DNA from: Escherichia coli
GTDB taxonomy: Bacteria > Pseudomonadota > Gammaproteobacteria > Enterobacterales > Enterobacteriaceae
Strand: one strand, 5' to 3'
Assembly (NCBI RefSeq): GCF_003334335.1
Contig: NZ_QOWQ01000024.1
Length of the DNA stretch: 64,000 nt
This document shows, in pieces, positions 33,761 through 45,671 of this stretch (its first letter is position 1; each line of letters starts with the position of its first letter). The notes under the pieces were generated by a model, which saw only the letters and a program-made list of their open reading frames with translations, did no database searches and had not been told where the DNA came from. Position numbers and translations under genes: made by a program.

Positions 33761-34987
33761 ATGGGAATTAACGAAATCATCATGTACATCATGATGTTCT
33801 TTATGCTGATAGCTGCCGTAGACAGGATCCTGTCGCAGTTCGGCGGTTCTGCTCGTTTCCTCGGTAAGTTCGGTAAAAGTATCGAAGGATCAGGCGGTCA
33901 GTTCGAAGAAGGCTTTATGGCAATGGGCGCACTGGGCCTGGCGATGGTCGGTATGACCGCGCTGGCACCGGTACTGGCTCACGTTCTCGGGCCGGTAATT
34001 ATTCCGGTTTACGAAATGCTCGGCGCTAACCCATCGATGTTCGCCGGAACACTGCTGGCGTGCGATATGGGCGGCTTCTTCCTCGCCAAAGAGCTGGCGG
34101 GCGGCGACGTAGCCGCGTGGCTATACTCTGGGTTAATTCTCGGGTCGATGATGGGGCCAACGATTGTGTTTTCCATTCCGGTGGCGCTCGGCATTATCGA
34201 ACCTTCTGACCGTCGTTATCTGGCGCTCGGCGTGCTGGCGGGCATTGTGACCATTCCGATTGGTTGTATCGCTGGTGGTCTGGTTGCTATGTACTCCGGT
34301 GTGCAGATCAACGGCCAGCCGGTGGAATTCACTTTCGCCCTGATCCTGATGAACATGATCCCGGTGATCATTGTTGCGATTCTGGTGGCGCTGGGGCTGA
34401 AATTCATCCCGGAAAAAATGATCAACGGCTTCCAGATCTTCGCCAAATTCCTCGTTGCATTGATCACCCTCGGTCTTGCCGCTGCGGTAGTGAAATTCCT
34501 GCTTGGCTGGGAACTGATCCCCGGTCTGGATCCTATCTTTATGGCCCCTGGCGATAAACCCGGTGAGGTGATGCGCGCCATTGAAGTTATCGGTTCTATC
34601 TCCTGCGTTCTGTTAGGGGCGTATCCGATGGTGCTGCTGCTGACTCGCTGGTTTGAAAAACCGCTGATGAGCGTCGGTAAAGTACTGAATATGAACAACA
34701 TCGCGGCAGCCGGCATGGTGGCAACGCTTGCCAACAACATCCCGATGTTCGGCATGATGAAGCAGATGGATACCCGCGGCAAAGTCATCAACTGCGCCTT
34801 CGCCGTTTCCGCTGCTTTCGCCCTGGGCGACCACTTAGGCTTCGCCGCTGCCAACATGAACGCCATGATCTTCCCGATGATTGTCGGCAAGTTGATCGGC
34901 GGCGTAACGGCGATTGGCGTGGCGATGATGCTGGTGCCAAAAGAAGACGCGACCGCGACTAAAACCGAAGCGGAGGCACAATCGTGA
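33761..34987 (+). CDS. eutH: ethanolamine permease
   Basis: 408-aa polytopic membrane protein ORF. Confidence 0.93.
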   Translation: MGINEIIMYIMMFFMLIAAVDRILSQFGGSARFLGKFGKSIEGSGGQFEEGFMAMGALGLAMVGMTALAPVLAHVLGPVIIPVYEMLGANPSMFAGTLLACDMGGFFLAKELAGGDVAAWLYSGLILGSMMGPTIVFSIPVALGIIEPSDRRYLALGVLAGIVTIPIGCIAGGLVAMYSGVQINGQPVEFTFALILMNMIPVIIVAILVALGLKFIPEKMINGFQIFAKFLVALITLGLAAAVVKFLLGWELIPGLDPIFMAPGDKPGEVMRAIEVIGSISCVLLGAYPMVLLLTRWFEKPLMSVGKVLNMNNIAAAGMVATLANNIPMFGMMKQMDTRGKVINCAFAVSAAFALGDHLGFAAANMNAMIFPMIVGKLIGGVTAIGVAMMLVPKEDATATKTEAEAQS

Positions 34988-36387
34988 ACACTCGCCAGCT
35001 ATTGAGCGTCGGTATCGATATCGGCACCACCACCACCCAGGTGATTTTCTCCCGGCTGGAGCTGGTTAACCGTGCGGCGGTGTCGCAGGTGCCGCGCTAC
35101 GAATTCATTAAACGCGAAATTAGCTGGCAAAGTCCGGTGTTCTTTACCCCTGTCGATAAACAGGGCGGTTTAAAAGAAGCGGAACTGAAAACCTTAATAC
35201 TCGAGCAATATCATGCTGCGGGTATTGAGCCGGAAAGCGTTGATTCTGGTGCCATCATCATCACCGGTGAAAGCGCGAAAACCCGCAATGCTCGCCCGGC
35301 GGTGATGGCGCTCTCTCAGTCGCTGGGCGATTTTGTCGTTGCCAGCGCCGGGCCGCACCTCGAATCCGTGATCGCCGGTCACGGAGCCGGGGCACAAACC
35401 CTTTCTGAACAACGGCTGTGTCGGGTACTGAATATCGACATCGGCGGTGGCACCGCGAACTACGCCCTGTTCGATGCCGGAAAAATCAGCGGCACTGCCT
35501 GCCTCAACGTCGGTGGTCGCCTGCTGGAAACCGACAGCCACGGGCGCGTGGTTTACGCTCATAAACCGGGGCAGATGATTGTGGATGAGTGCTTCGGTGC
35601 AGGCACCGACGCCCGTTCGCTGACCGGCGCGCAGCTGGTGCAGGTGACCCGGCGGATGGCAGAACTGATTGTCGAAGTGATTGACGGAACGCTCTCACCG
35701 CTCGCGCAGGCATTGATGCAAACCGGTTTGCTGCCCGCAGGTGTTACGCCCGAAATCATTACGCTTTCTGGCGGCGTGGGCGAATGTTATCGCCACCAGC
35801 CCGCCGACCCGTTCTGTTTTGCCGATATTGGCCCGCTGCTGGCAACTGCGCTGCATGACCATCCGCGCCTGCGTGAGATGAACGTACAGTTTCCGGCGCA
35901 AACCGTGCGCGCCACGGTGATTGGCGCGGGCGCGCATACCCTTTCGCTCTCTGGCAGCACAATCTGGCTTGAGGGCGTACAACTGCCGCTGCGCAATTTG
36001 CCGGTGGCGATCCCGATTGATGAAACGGATCTGGTGGGGGCCTGGCAACAGGCGCTGATTCAGCTGGATCTTGATCCCAAAACTGACGCGTACGTGCTGG
36101 CGCTTCCCGCCTCGCTGCCTGTGCGTTACGCCGCGGTACTGACGGTCATCAACGCGTTGGTCGATTTCGTCGCGCGTTTTCCGAATCCGCATCCCCTGCT
36201 GGTGGTGGCCGGGCAGGACTTTGGTAAAGCTCTGGGCATGTTGTTGCGCCCACAGCTACAACAACTCCCGTTGGCAGTCATTGACGAAGTGATTGTCCGC
36301 GCGGGGGACTATATCGACATTGGTACGCCTCTTTTTGGCGGATCGGTTGTGCCGGTGACGGTGAAATCACTCGCATTTCCTTCCTGA
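34984..36387 (+). CDS. eutA: ethanolamine ammonia-lyase reactivating factor
   Basis: 467-aa ORF with GTG start and a 4-nt overlap (GTGA) with the eutH stop. Confidence 0.93.
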   Translation: MNTRQLLSVGIDIGTTTTQVIFSRLELVNRAAVSQVPRYEFIKREISWQSPVFFTPVDKQGGLKEAELKTLILEQYHAAGIEPESVDSGAIIITGESAKTRNARPAVMALSQSLGDFVVASAGPHLESVIAGHGAGAQTLSEQRLCRVLNIDIGGGTANYALFDAGKISGTACLNVGGRLLETDSHGRVVYAHKPGQMIVDECFGAGTDARSLTGAQLVQVTRRMAELIVEVIDGTLSPLAQALMQTGLLPAGVTPEIITLSGGVGECYRHQPADPFCFADIGPLLATALHDHPRLREMNVQFPAQTVRATVIGAGAHTLSLSGSTIWLEGVQLPLRNLPVAIPIDETDLVGAWQQALIQLDLDPKTDAYVLALPASLPVRYAAVLTVINALVDFVARFPNPHPLLVVAGQDFGKALGMLLRPQLQQLPLAVIDEVIVRAGDYIDIGTPLFGGSVVPVTVKSLAFPS

Positions 36388-36398
36388 GGGAACGACTT

Positions 36399-37760
36399 AT
36401 GAAACTAAAGACCACATTGTTCGGCAATGTATATCAGTTTAAGGATGTAAAAGAGGTGCTGGCTAAAGCCAACGAACTGCGTTCGGGGGATGTGCTGGCG
36501 GGCGTCGCAGCGGCAAGCTCACAGGAGCGCGTGGCGGCAAAGCAGGTGTTGTCGGAAATGACCGTAGCGGACATCCGCAATAATCCGGTGATTGCCTATG
36601 AAGATGACTGCGTGACGCGGCTGATTCAGGACGATGTTAACGAAACGGCCTACAACCAGATTAAAAACTGGAGCATCAGCGAACTGCGTGAGTATGTGCT
36701 GAGCGATGAAACCAGCGTGGACGACATTGCCTTTACCCGCAAAGGGCTGACCTCGGAAGTGGTCGCGGCGGTAGCGAAGATTTGCTCCAACGCGGACCTG
36801 ATCTACGGCGCGAAGAAAATGCCGGTAATCAAAAAGGCCAATACCACCATCGGTATTCCGGGCACCTTTAGCGCCCGTTTGCAGCCAAATGACACCCGTG
36901 ACGACGTGCAAAGTATCGCCGCGCAAATCTACGAAGGGCTTTCCTTCGGGGTGGGCGATGCGGTGATCGGCGTTAACCCGGTGACTGACGACGTGGAAAA
37001 CTTAAGCCGCGTGTTGGATACCATCTATGGCGTGATCGACAAATTCAACATCCCAACTCAGGGCTGTGTACTGGCGCACGTCACCACCCAGATCGAAGCG
37101 ATCCGTCGTGGCGCACCGGGCGGGCTGATTTTCCAGAGTATCTGTGGCAGCGAAAAAGGGCTGAAAGAGTTTGGCGTGGAGCTGGCGATGCTCGACGAAG
37201 CGCGCGCAGTGGGCGCGGAGTTCAACCGTATCGCCGGGGAAAACTGCCTCTACTTCGAAACCGGACAAGGCTCTGCGCTATCCGCTGGCGCTAACTTCGG
37301 CGCAGACCAGGTAACGATGGAAGCACGTAACTACGGGCTGGCGCGTCATTACGATCCGTTTATCGTCAACACCGTGGTCGGCTTTATTGGGCCGGAGTAT
37401 CTCTACAACGACCGCCAGATTATCCGTGCTGGCTTAGAAGATCACTTTATGGGCAAGCTGAGCGGCATCTCTATGGGCTGTGACTGCTGTTATACCAACC
37501 ACGCTGACGCTGACCAGAACCTCAACGAAAACCTGATGATCCTGCTCGCCACCGCAGGCTGCAACTACATCATGGGGATGCCGCTGGGTGATGACATCAT
37601 GCTCAACTACCAGACCACCGCATTCCACGATACCGCCACTGTGCGTCAGTTACTCAACCTGCGCCCGTCACCGGAGTTTGAACGCTGGCTGGAAAGCATG
37701 GGCATTATGGCAAACGGTCGCCTGACCAAACGGGCGGGCGATCCGTCACTGTTCTTCTGA
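36399..37760 (+). CDS. eutB: ethanolamine ammonia-lyase large subunit
   Basis: 453-aa ORF, 11 nt downstream of eutA. Confidence 0.96.
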   Translation: MKLKTTLFGNVYQFKDVKEVLAKANELRSGDVLAGVAAASSQERVAAKQVLSEMTVADIRNNPVIAYEDDCVTRLIQDDVNETAYNQIKNWSISELREYVLSDETSVDDIAFTRKGLTSEVVAAVAKICSNADLIYGAKKMPVIKKANTTIGIPGTFSARLQPNDTRDDVQSIAAQIYEGLSFGVGDAVIGVNPVTDDVENLSRVLDTIYGVIDKFNIPTQGCVLAHVTTQIEAIRRGAPGGLIFQSICGSEKGLKEFGVELAMLDEARAVGAEFNRIAGENCLYFETGQGSALSAGANFGADQVTMEARNYGLARHYDPFIVNTVVGFIGPEYLYNDRQIIRAGLEDHFMGKLSGISMGCDCCYTNHADADQNLNENLMILLATAGCNYIMGMPLGDDIMLNYQTTAFHDTATVRQLLNLRPSPEFERWLESMGIMANGRLTKRAGDPSLFF

Positions 37761-37780
37761 TGACGCGGAGATAACATATC

Positions 37781-38668
37781 ATGGATCAAAAACAGATTGA
37801 AGAAATTGTACGCAGCGTGATGGCGTCAATGGGACAAGCGGCCCCCGCGCCGTCAGAAGCAAAGTGCGCCACCACCAACTGTGCGGCACCGGTGACCTCG
37901 GAAAGCTGTGCGCTGGATTTAGGTTCCGCTGAAGCAAAAGCGTGGATTGGTGTTGAAAATCCGCATCGCGCAGACGTATTAACAGAACTGCGCCGCAGCA
38001 CCGTGGCCCGCGTTTGTACCGGTCGTGCCGGTCCGCGTCCACGTACGCAGGCGCTGCTGCGTTTCCTGGCCGATCACTCTCGTTCGAAAGATACCGTACT
38101 GAAAGAAGTGCCGGAAGAGTGGGTGAAAGCGCAGGGCTTGCTGGAAGTACGCTCTGAAATTAGCGACAAAAATCTCTACCTGACTCGCCCGGATATGGGC
38201 CGCCGCCTGTGTGCAGAAGCTGTTGAAGCGCTGAAAGCGCAGTGTGTTGCCAATCCGGACGTACAGGTCGTTATTTCTGATGGCCTGTCAACTGATGCGA
38301 TCACCGTGAACTACGAAGAGATCCTGCCACCGCTGATGGCGGGCCTGAAACAGGCCGGGCTGAAAGTCGGTACACCATTCTTTGTTCGTTATGGTCGCGT
38401 GAAGATTGAAGATCAGATCGGTGAGATCCTCGGCGCGAAAGTAGTGATCCTGCTGGTGGGCGAACGTCCGGGGTTGGGTCAGTCAGAAAGCCTCTCCTGC
38501 TACGCCGTTTACTCGCCGCGTATGGCGACCACCGTTGAGGCCGATCGCACCTGTATCTCTAACATTCACCAGGGCGGCACGCCGCCGGTTGAAGCCGCAG
38601 CCGTCATTGTGGATTTGGCGAAACGTATGCTGGAGCAGAAAGCATCCGGCATCAACATGACCCGATAA
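37781..38668 (+). CDS. eutC: ethanolamine ammonia-lyase small subunit
   Basis: 295-aa ORF with an N-terminal amphipathic targeting-type extension ([19 protein letters not shown]). Confidence 0.96.
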
Positions 38669-38677
38669 GGAGGCATC

Positions 38678-39337
38678 ATGCCAGCTTTAGATTTGATTCG
38701 ACCGTCTGTCACCGCTATGCGGGTGATTGCCTCCGTTAACGCCGATTTTGCGCGTGAACTGAAATTGCCGCCGCATATTCGTAGCCTCGGTCTGATTTCT
38801 GCCGACTCCGATGACGTCACCTACATTGCCGCTGATGAAGCGACCAAGCAGGCGATGGTGGAAGTGGTGTATGGCCGCTCGCTATATGCGGGCGCTGCAC
38901 ACGGCCCGTCACCGACTGCCGGTGAAGTGCTGATTATGCTTGGTGGGCCAAACCCGGCGGAAGTGCGTGCAGGTCTGGATGCGATGATTGCGCATATTGA
39001 AAATGGCGCAGCTTTCCAGTGGGCTAATGACGCGCAAGATACGGCATTCCTGGCACATGTAGTTTCGCGTACCGGTTCTTATCTCTCATCAACCGCCGGG
39101 ATCACGCTTGGCGATCCGATGGCGTATCTGGTGGCACCGCCGCTGGAAGCGACCTATGGCATTGATGCAGCCCTGAAGTCTGCCGACGTACAGCTGGCGA
39201 CCTATGTCCCGCCACCGTCTGAAACCAACTACTCGGCAGCATTTTTAACCGGTAGCCAGGCAGCGTGTAAAGCAGCCTGTAACGCCTTTACCGATGCAGT
39301 GCTGGAAATCGCGCGTAATCCAATCCAGCGTGCGTAA
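38678..39337 (+). CDS. eutL: BMC-T tandem-domain shell protein EutL
   Basis: 219-aa ORF. Confidence 0.93.
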   Translation: MPALDLIRPSVTAMRVIASVNADFARELKLPPHIRSLGLISADSDDVTYIAADEATKQAMVEVVYGRSLYAGAAHGPSPTAGEVLIMLGGPNPAEVRAGLDAMIAHIENGAAFQWANDAQDTAFLAHVVSRTGSYLSSTAGITLGDPMAYLVAPPLEATYGIDAALKSADVQLATYVPPPSETNYSAAFLTGSQAACKAACNAFTDAVLEIARNPIQRA

Positions 39338-39349
39338 CGGAGGTTGCCG

Positions 39350-39850
39350 ATGATCAATGCACTGGGATTGCTGGAAGTGGACGGCATGGTCGCCGCGATA
39401 GATGCAGCGGATGCCATGCTCAAAGCAGCTAACGTTCGTCTGCTCAGTCACGAAGTGCTTGACCCTGGTCGCTTAACGCTGGTGGTGGAAGGCGATCTGG
39501 CGGCGTGTCGTGCGGCGCTGGACGCAGGTTGTGCTGCCGCGATGCGTACCGGGCGTGTCATCAGCCGCAAGGAGATCGGTCGGCCAGACGATGACACCCA
39601 GTGGCTGGTTACTGGCTTTAACCGCCAGCCGAAGCAACCCGTAAGGGAACCCGACGCGCCAGTTATCGTCGCGGAATCTGCTGACGAGTTGTTGGCGCTG
39701 TTAACATCAGTACGTCAGGGAATGACGGCAGGAGAAGTGGCTGCCCACTTTGGCTGGCCGCTGGAAAAAGCCAGAAATGCGCTCGAACAGCTCTTTTCTG
39801 CCGGGACGTTACGTAAACGCAGTAGTCGTTATCGTCTCAAGCCCCATTAA
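39350..39850 (+). CDS. eutK: BMC-H shell protein EutK with C-terminal extension
   Basis: ORF-track frame 39344..39850. The second ATG gives a 166-aa product beginning MINALGLLEVDGMVAAIDAADAMLKAA (BMC domain), followed by a basic C-terminal domain. Confidence 0.9.
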   Translation: MINALGLLEVDGMVAAIDAADAMLKAANVRLLSHEVLDPGRLTLVVEGDLAACRAALDAGCAAAMRTGRVISRKEIGRPDDDTQWLVTGFNRQPKQPVREPDAPVIVAESADELLALLTSVRQGMTAGEVAAHFGWPLEKARNALEQLFSAGTLRKRSSRYRLKPH

Positions 39851-39895
39851 CCTGTCGGAGGTGCCGGGTGTCCTACAACACCCGGCATTAACATC

Positions 39896-40948
39896 ATGAA
39901 AAAGACCCGTACAGCCAATTTGCACCATCTTTATCATGAACCCTTACCCGAAAACCTGAAGCTCACGCCGAAGGTCGAAGTGGATAATGTTCATCAACGA
40001 CAGACAACGGATGTCTATGAACATGCTTTAACGATTACCGCCTGGCAGCAGATTTACGATCAGCTGCATCCGGGCAAGTTTCATGGTGAATTTACGGAAA
40101 TTCTACTCGATGATATTCAGGTTTTTCGTGAATACACCGGTCTGGCGCTGCGTCAGTCGTGCCTGGTCTGGCCGAACTCGTTCTGGTTTGGCATTCCGGC
40201 GACGCGCGGTGAGCAGGGATTTAACGGTTCGCAATGTCTGGGAAGCGCGGAAATCGCCACCCGCCCTGGTGGCACTGAATTTGAACTGAGCACGCCGGAT
40301 GATTACACGATCCTGGGCGTGGTGCTTTCTGAAGATGTCATCACCCGGCAGGCTAACTTTTTGCATAACCCGGATCGGGTATTACATATGTTGCGTAACC
40401 AGTCGGCGCTGGAAGTGAAAGAGCAGCATAAAGCCGCGCTGTGGGGCTTTGTCCAACAGGCGCTGGCGACGTTTTGCGAGAATCCGGAAAATCTCCATCA
40501 GCCTGCAGTGCGAAAAGTGCTGGGGGATAATTTGCTAATGGCGATGGGGGCCATGCTGGAAGAAGCGCAACCAATGGTGACGGCGGAAAGCATCAGTCAT
40601 CAGAGTTACCGTCGATTGCTTTCCCGCGCCCGTGAATATGTGCTGGAAAACATGTCCGAACCGGTGACGGTGCTGGATTTGTGTAATCAACTGCATGTCA
40701 GCCGCCGCACGCTACAAAACGCGTTTCACGCTATTTTAGGCATTGGCCCGAACGCGTGGCTGAAACGCATTCGCCTGAACGCCGTACGCCGCGAACTGAT
40801 AAGTCCGTGGTCGCAAAGTATGACGGTAAAAGACGCCGCCATGCAGTGGGGATTCTGGCATCTGGGGCAATTTGCCACGGATTACCAGCAGCTGTTTTCC
40901 GAGAAGCCGTCACTGACGCTGCATCAGCGGATGCGGGAGTGGGGGTGA
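39896..40948 (+). CDS. eutR: AraC-family transcriptional activator of the eut operon
   Basis: 350-aa ORF with a C-terminal AraC-type helix-turn-helix. Last gene of the operon. Confidence 0.93.
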   Translation: MKKTRTANLHHLYHEPLPENLKLTPKVEVDNVHQRQTTDVYEHALTITAWQQIYDQLHPGKFHGEFTEILLDDIQVFREYTGLALRQSCLVWPNSFWFGIPATRGEQGFNGSQCLGSAEIATRPGGTEFELSTPDDYTILGVVLSEDVITRQANFLHNPDRVLHMLRNQSALEVKEQHKAALWGFVQQALATFCENPENLHQPAVRKVLGDNLLMAMGAMLEEAQPMVTAESISHQSYRRLLSRAREYVLENMSEPVTVLDLCNQLHVSRRTLQNAFHAILGIGPNAWLKRIRLNAVRRELISPWSQSMTVKDAAMQWGFWHLGQFATDYQQLFSEKPSLTLHQRMREWG

Positions 40949-40953
40949 GGGAG

Positions 40954-41856
<903 letters not shown>

Positions 41857-42726
41857 TTATCGCTTTTTCGAATGTGCTTTCTGGTTGTCGAACCAGTGGA
41901 AATAACTGATCACGCCTTCAGCAATCGCTGTGGCGATTTTCTGACGAAACGCCGCCGTGCCTAACAGCCGTTCTTCTTCCGGGTTGGTGATAAACGAGGT
42001 TTCCACCAGCACCGAAGGAACCGACGGTGATTTCAACACCACAAATGCCGCTTGTTCGGTGTTGCGGCTGTGCAGTTTATGCACCGGCTTAATCTTCTTC
42101 AGAATATGCGAGCCGAGCGTCAGACTATTTTTAATGGTATCTGTTTGCACCAGATCAAACAGCACTTGTTGCAATAGGTGATCCTTGTCAGTCGCCTTTT
42201 TACCGGCAACTTCATCGGCGCGGTTTTCGCGTTCAGACAGGTATTTCGCCATTGCGCTACTTGCCCCACGGTTAGAGAGGGCAAATACCGAAGCACCGGC
42301 AGCTTTCGGGTTGGTAAAGCCATCGGCATGAATTGACATAAACAGATCTGCGCCATGTTTATGGGCGATTTCAACGCGATCGTAAAGTGGGATAAACGTA
42401 TCGCCAGAACGCGTTAAACGCGCATCAATCCCATGATTACGCAAAATGGAACGGACGTTTTTAGCAATCGCCAGCACCACATGTTTTTCTTTCGAACCGT
42501 TGCGTCCGATCGCTCCGGTATCAATTCCGCCGTGACCTGGATCGAGAACAACGACACGTTTGCCGCCAGATTTTTTGGCTTTCGGCTTGCTGTGTCCGTT
42601 GCTGGTTTTTAAAAGTTCGTCTTTGGCGATGGCTTGCGACATTCCTGACAACGTCAGGGCAGCCAAACCGGCTTTCAGCACCTGGCGGCGCGAAGTGAGT
42701 GTTTTTAGTGGTTTAAAAGTGCTCAT
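41857..42726 (-). CDS. amiA: N-acetylmuramoyl-L-alanine amidase A
   Basis: 289-aa ORF with a Tat-type signal peptide (SRRQVLKAGLAALT) and amidase_3 domain, 3 nt upstream of hemF. Confidence 0.95.
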   Translation of the reverse strand: MSTFKPLKTLTSRRQVLKAGLAALTLSGMSQAIAKDELLKTSNGHSKPKAKKSGGKRVVVLDPGHGGIDTGAIGRNGSKEKHVVLAIAKNVRSILRNHGIDARLTRSGDTFIPLYDRVEIAHKHGADLFMSIHADGFTNPKAAGASVFALSNRGASSAMAKYLSERENRADEVAGKKATDKDHLLQQVLFDLVQTDTIKNSLTLGSHILKKIKPVHKLHSRNTEQAAFVVLKSPSVPSVLVETSFITNPEEERLLGTAAFRQKIATAIAEGVISYFHWFDNQKAHSKKR

Positions 42727-42939
42727 ACGGCCTGAGTTGTAATAATAAAGTTCCAGATGTTATATCGTATCGCGTAATCCGTTACGACGGTTTGCTGTTG
42801 AGAATTGTTTTACTTTTCATTTCAATAGTTGACAACTCCCCATTATGCCACTTTTTCAACCGATTTTCGTCAGATATTGGCTAATTCGACCGTTCACGCC
42901 ATAATCAGCCTTTTAACCCGCAAAAAGGTAACGAATACC

Positions 42940-43365
42940 ATGGAGATACGCGTATTTCGCCAGGAAGATTTCGAAGAGGTCATCACCCTTTGGGAGCGTT
43001 GCGACTTGCTGCGTCCGTGGAACGATCCGGAAATGGACATCGAGCGTAAGATGAACCATGACGTCAGTTTGTTTTTGGTCGCTGAGGTAAACGGTGACGT
43101 GGTCGGAACGGTGATGGGCGGTTATGACGGGCATCGCGGGTCTGCTTATTATCTTGGCGTGCATCCAGAGTTTCGTGGGCGTGGGATTGCCAATGCGTTG
43201 CTTAATCGGCTGGAGAAAAAGCTGATTGCTCGTGGCTGCCCGAAAATTCAGATCAATGTGCCGGAAGATAACGACATGGTGCTCGGAATGTATGAACGCC
43301 TGGGATATGAACACGCCGACGTGCTGAGTCTGGGTAAGCGTTTGATTGAAGATGAAGAGTACTGA
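42940..43365 (+). CDS. ypeA: GNAT-family acetyltransferase YpeA
   Basis: ORF-track frame 42829..43365. ATG at 42940 gives a 141-aa product beginning [19 protein letters not shown] with a GNAT motif ([10 protein letters not shown]). Confidence 0.9.
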   Translation: MEIRVFRQEDFEEVITLWERCDLLRPWNDPEMDIERKMNHDVSLFLVAEVNGDVVGTVMGGYDGHRGSAYYLGVHPEFRGRGIANALLNRLEKKLIARGCPKIQINVPEDNDMVLGMYERLGYEHADVLSLGKRLIEDEEY

Positions 43366-43801
43366 GTTTCATCCTGTCCATTATGATGCGCACGGTCGCC
43401 TGCGTTTACCCTTGCTCTTCTGGCTTGTGCTATTGCTTCAGGCGCGAACCTGGGTGCTGTTTGTCATTGCCGGTGCGTCGCGCGAGCAGGGTACTGCGCT
43501 GCTAAATCTGTTTTATCCCGATCACGATAATTTCTGGCTGGGGCTGATTCCTGGCATTCCGGCGGTGCTGGCGTTTTTGTTGAGCGGTCGGCGGGCTACG
43601 TTTCCTCGCACCTGGCGTGTACTCTATTTTCTGTTGCTGTTGGCGCAGGTGGTTTTACTTTGCTGGCAACCGTGGCTGTGGCTGAACGGTGAATCCGTTA
43701 GCGGTATCGGTCTGGCGCTGGTAGTGGCGGATATTGTGGCGTTAATCTGGCTGCTGACCAATCGACGTTTACGCGCTTGTTTTAATGAAGTAAAAGAATA
43801 A
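43346..43801 (+). CDS. yfeZ: inner-membrane protein YfeZ
   Basis: About 150-aa hydrophobic ORF overlapping the ypeA 3-prime end. The exact start (43346 or 43352) is uncertain. Confidence 0.85.
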   Translation: MKMKSTEFHPVHYDAHGRLRLPLLFWLVLLLQARTWVLFVIAGASREQGTALLNLFYPDHDNFWLGLIPGIPAVLAFLLSGRRATFPRTWRVLYFLLLLAQVVLLCWQPWLWLNGESVSGIGLALVVADIVALIWLLTNRRLRACFNEVKE

Positions 43802-43861
43802 CGGCACTTTTTGGTGAATTTGCACTCCAAGCAACGTTATTGAATAACCAAAGGAAGTGAC

Positions 43862-44437
43862 ATGAAATCGCTGCGTTTAATGTTATGCGCTATGCCATTG
43901 ATGCTGACCGGCTGTTCCACGATGTCGTCAGTTAACTGGTCTGCCGCTAACCCGTGGAACTGGTTTGGGTCGTCCACCAAAGTGAGCGAGCAGGGCGTGG
44001 GTGAATTAACGGCGTCCACACCACTGCAAGAACAAGCCATTGCCGATGCGCTTGATGGCGATTATCGCCTGCGCAGCGGAATGAAAACCGCGAACGGCAA
44101 CGTGGTGCGCTTTTTTGAAGTGATGAAGGGCGACAACGTGGCGATGGTGATTAACGGCGATCAAGGCACGATCAGTCGCATTGACGTGCTGGATAGCGAT
44201 ATTCCTGCTGACACCGGTGTTAAAATCGGTACACCGTTTAGCGACCTTTACAGCAAAGCATTTGGCAATTGCCAAAAAGCTGATGGTGATGATAATCGTG
44301 CCGTCGAATGTAAAGCCGAAGGCAGTCAACATATTAGCTACCAGTTCAGCGGGGAATGGCGTGGTCCTGAAGGGTTAATGCCTTCGGACGATACCCTGAA
44401 AAACTGGAAAGTCAGTAAAATTATCTGGCGGCGTTAA
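43862..44437 (+). CDS. yfeY: lipoprotein YfeY
   Basis: 191-aa ORF with signal peptide and lipobox LTGC. Confidence 0.9.
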   Translation: MKSLRLMLCAMPLMLTGCSTMSSVNWSAANPWNWFGSSTKVSEQGVGELTASTPLQEQAIADALDGDYRLRSGMKTANGNVVRFFEVMKGDNVAMVINGDQGTISRIDVLDSDIPADTGVKIGTPFSDLYSKAFGNCQKADGDDNRAVECKAEGSQHISYQFSGEWRGPEGLMPSDDTLKNWKVSKIIWRR

Positions 44438-44448
44438 TTTGCGTCTGA

Positions 44449-45432
<984 letters not shown>

Positions 45433-45489
45433 GCGTTTCTGATTCATTGATTAAAGGCCAGGCAGTAACATTACTGACTGGCCTCAGAT

Positions 45490-45628
45490 TGTTGACCAAG
45501 TGCGCGTTGTACACGCCGGATGCGGCGTGAACGCCTTATCCGGCCTACGAAATCGTGCTAATTCAATATATTGTGGGCTCCACGTAGGCCTGATAAGCGT
45601 AGCGCATCAGGCAGTTTTGCGTTTGTCA
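45490..45628. repeat. RIP-type BIME (REP - IHF-site core - REP)
   Basis: Two inverted REPs flank the AT-rich core AATTCAATATATTG, which fits the IHF consensus WATCAANNNNTTR at 12 of 13 positions. Same element family as 56431..56567. Confidence 0.8.
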
Positions 45629-45671
45629 GCACTCTCAGACCAGCCAGTAACATTACTGACTGGCCTTTTTA

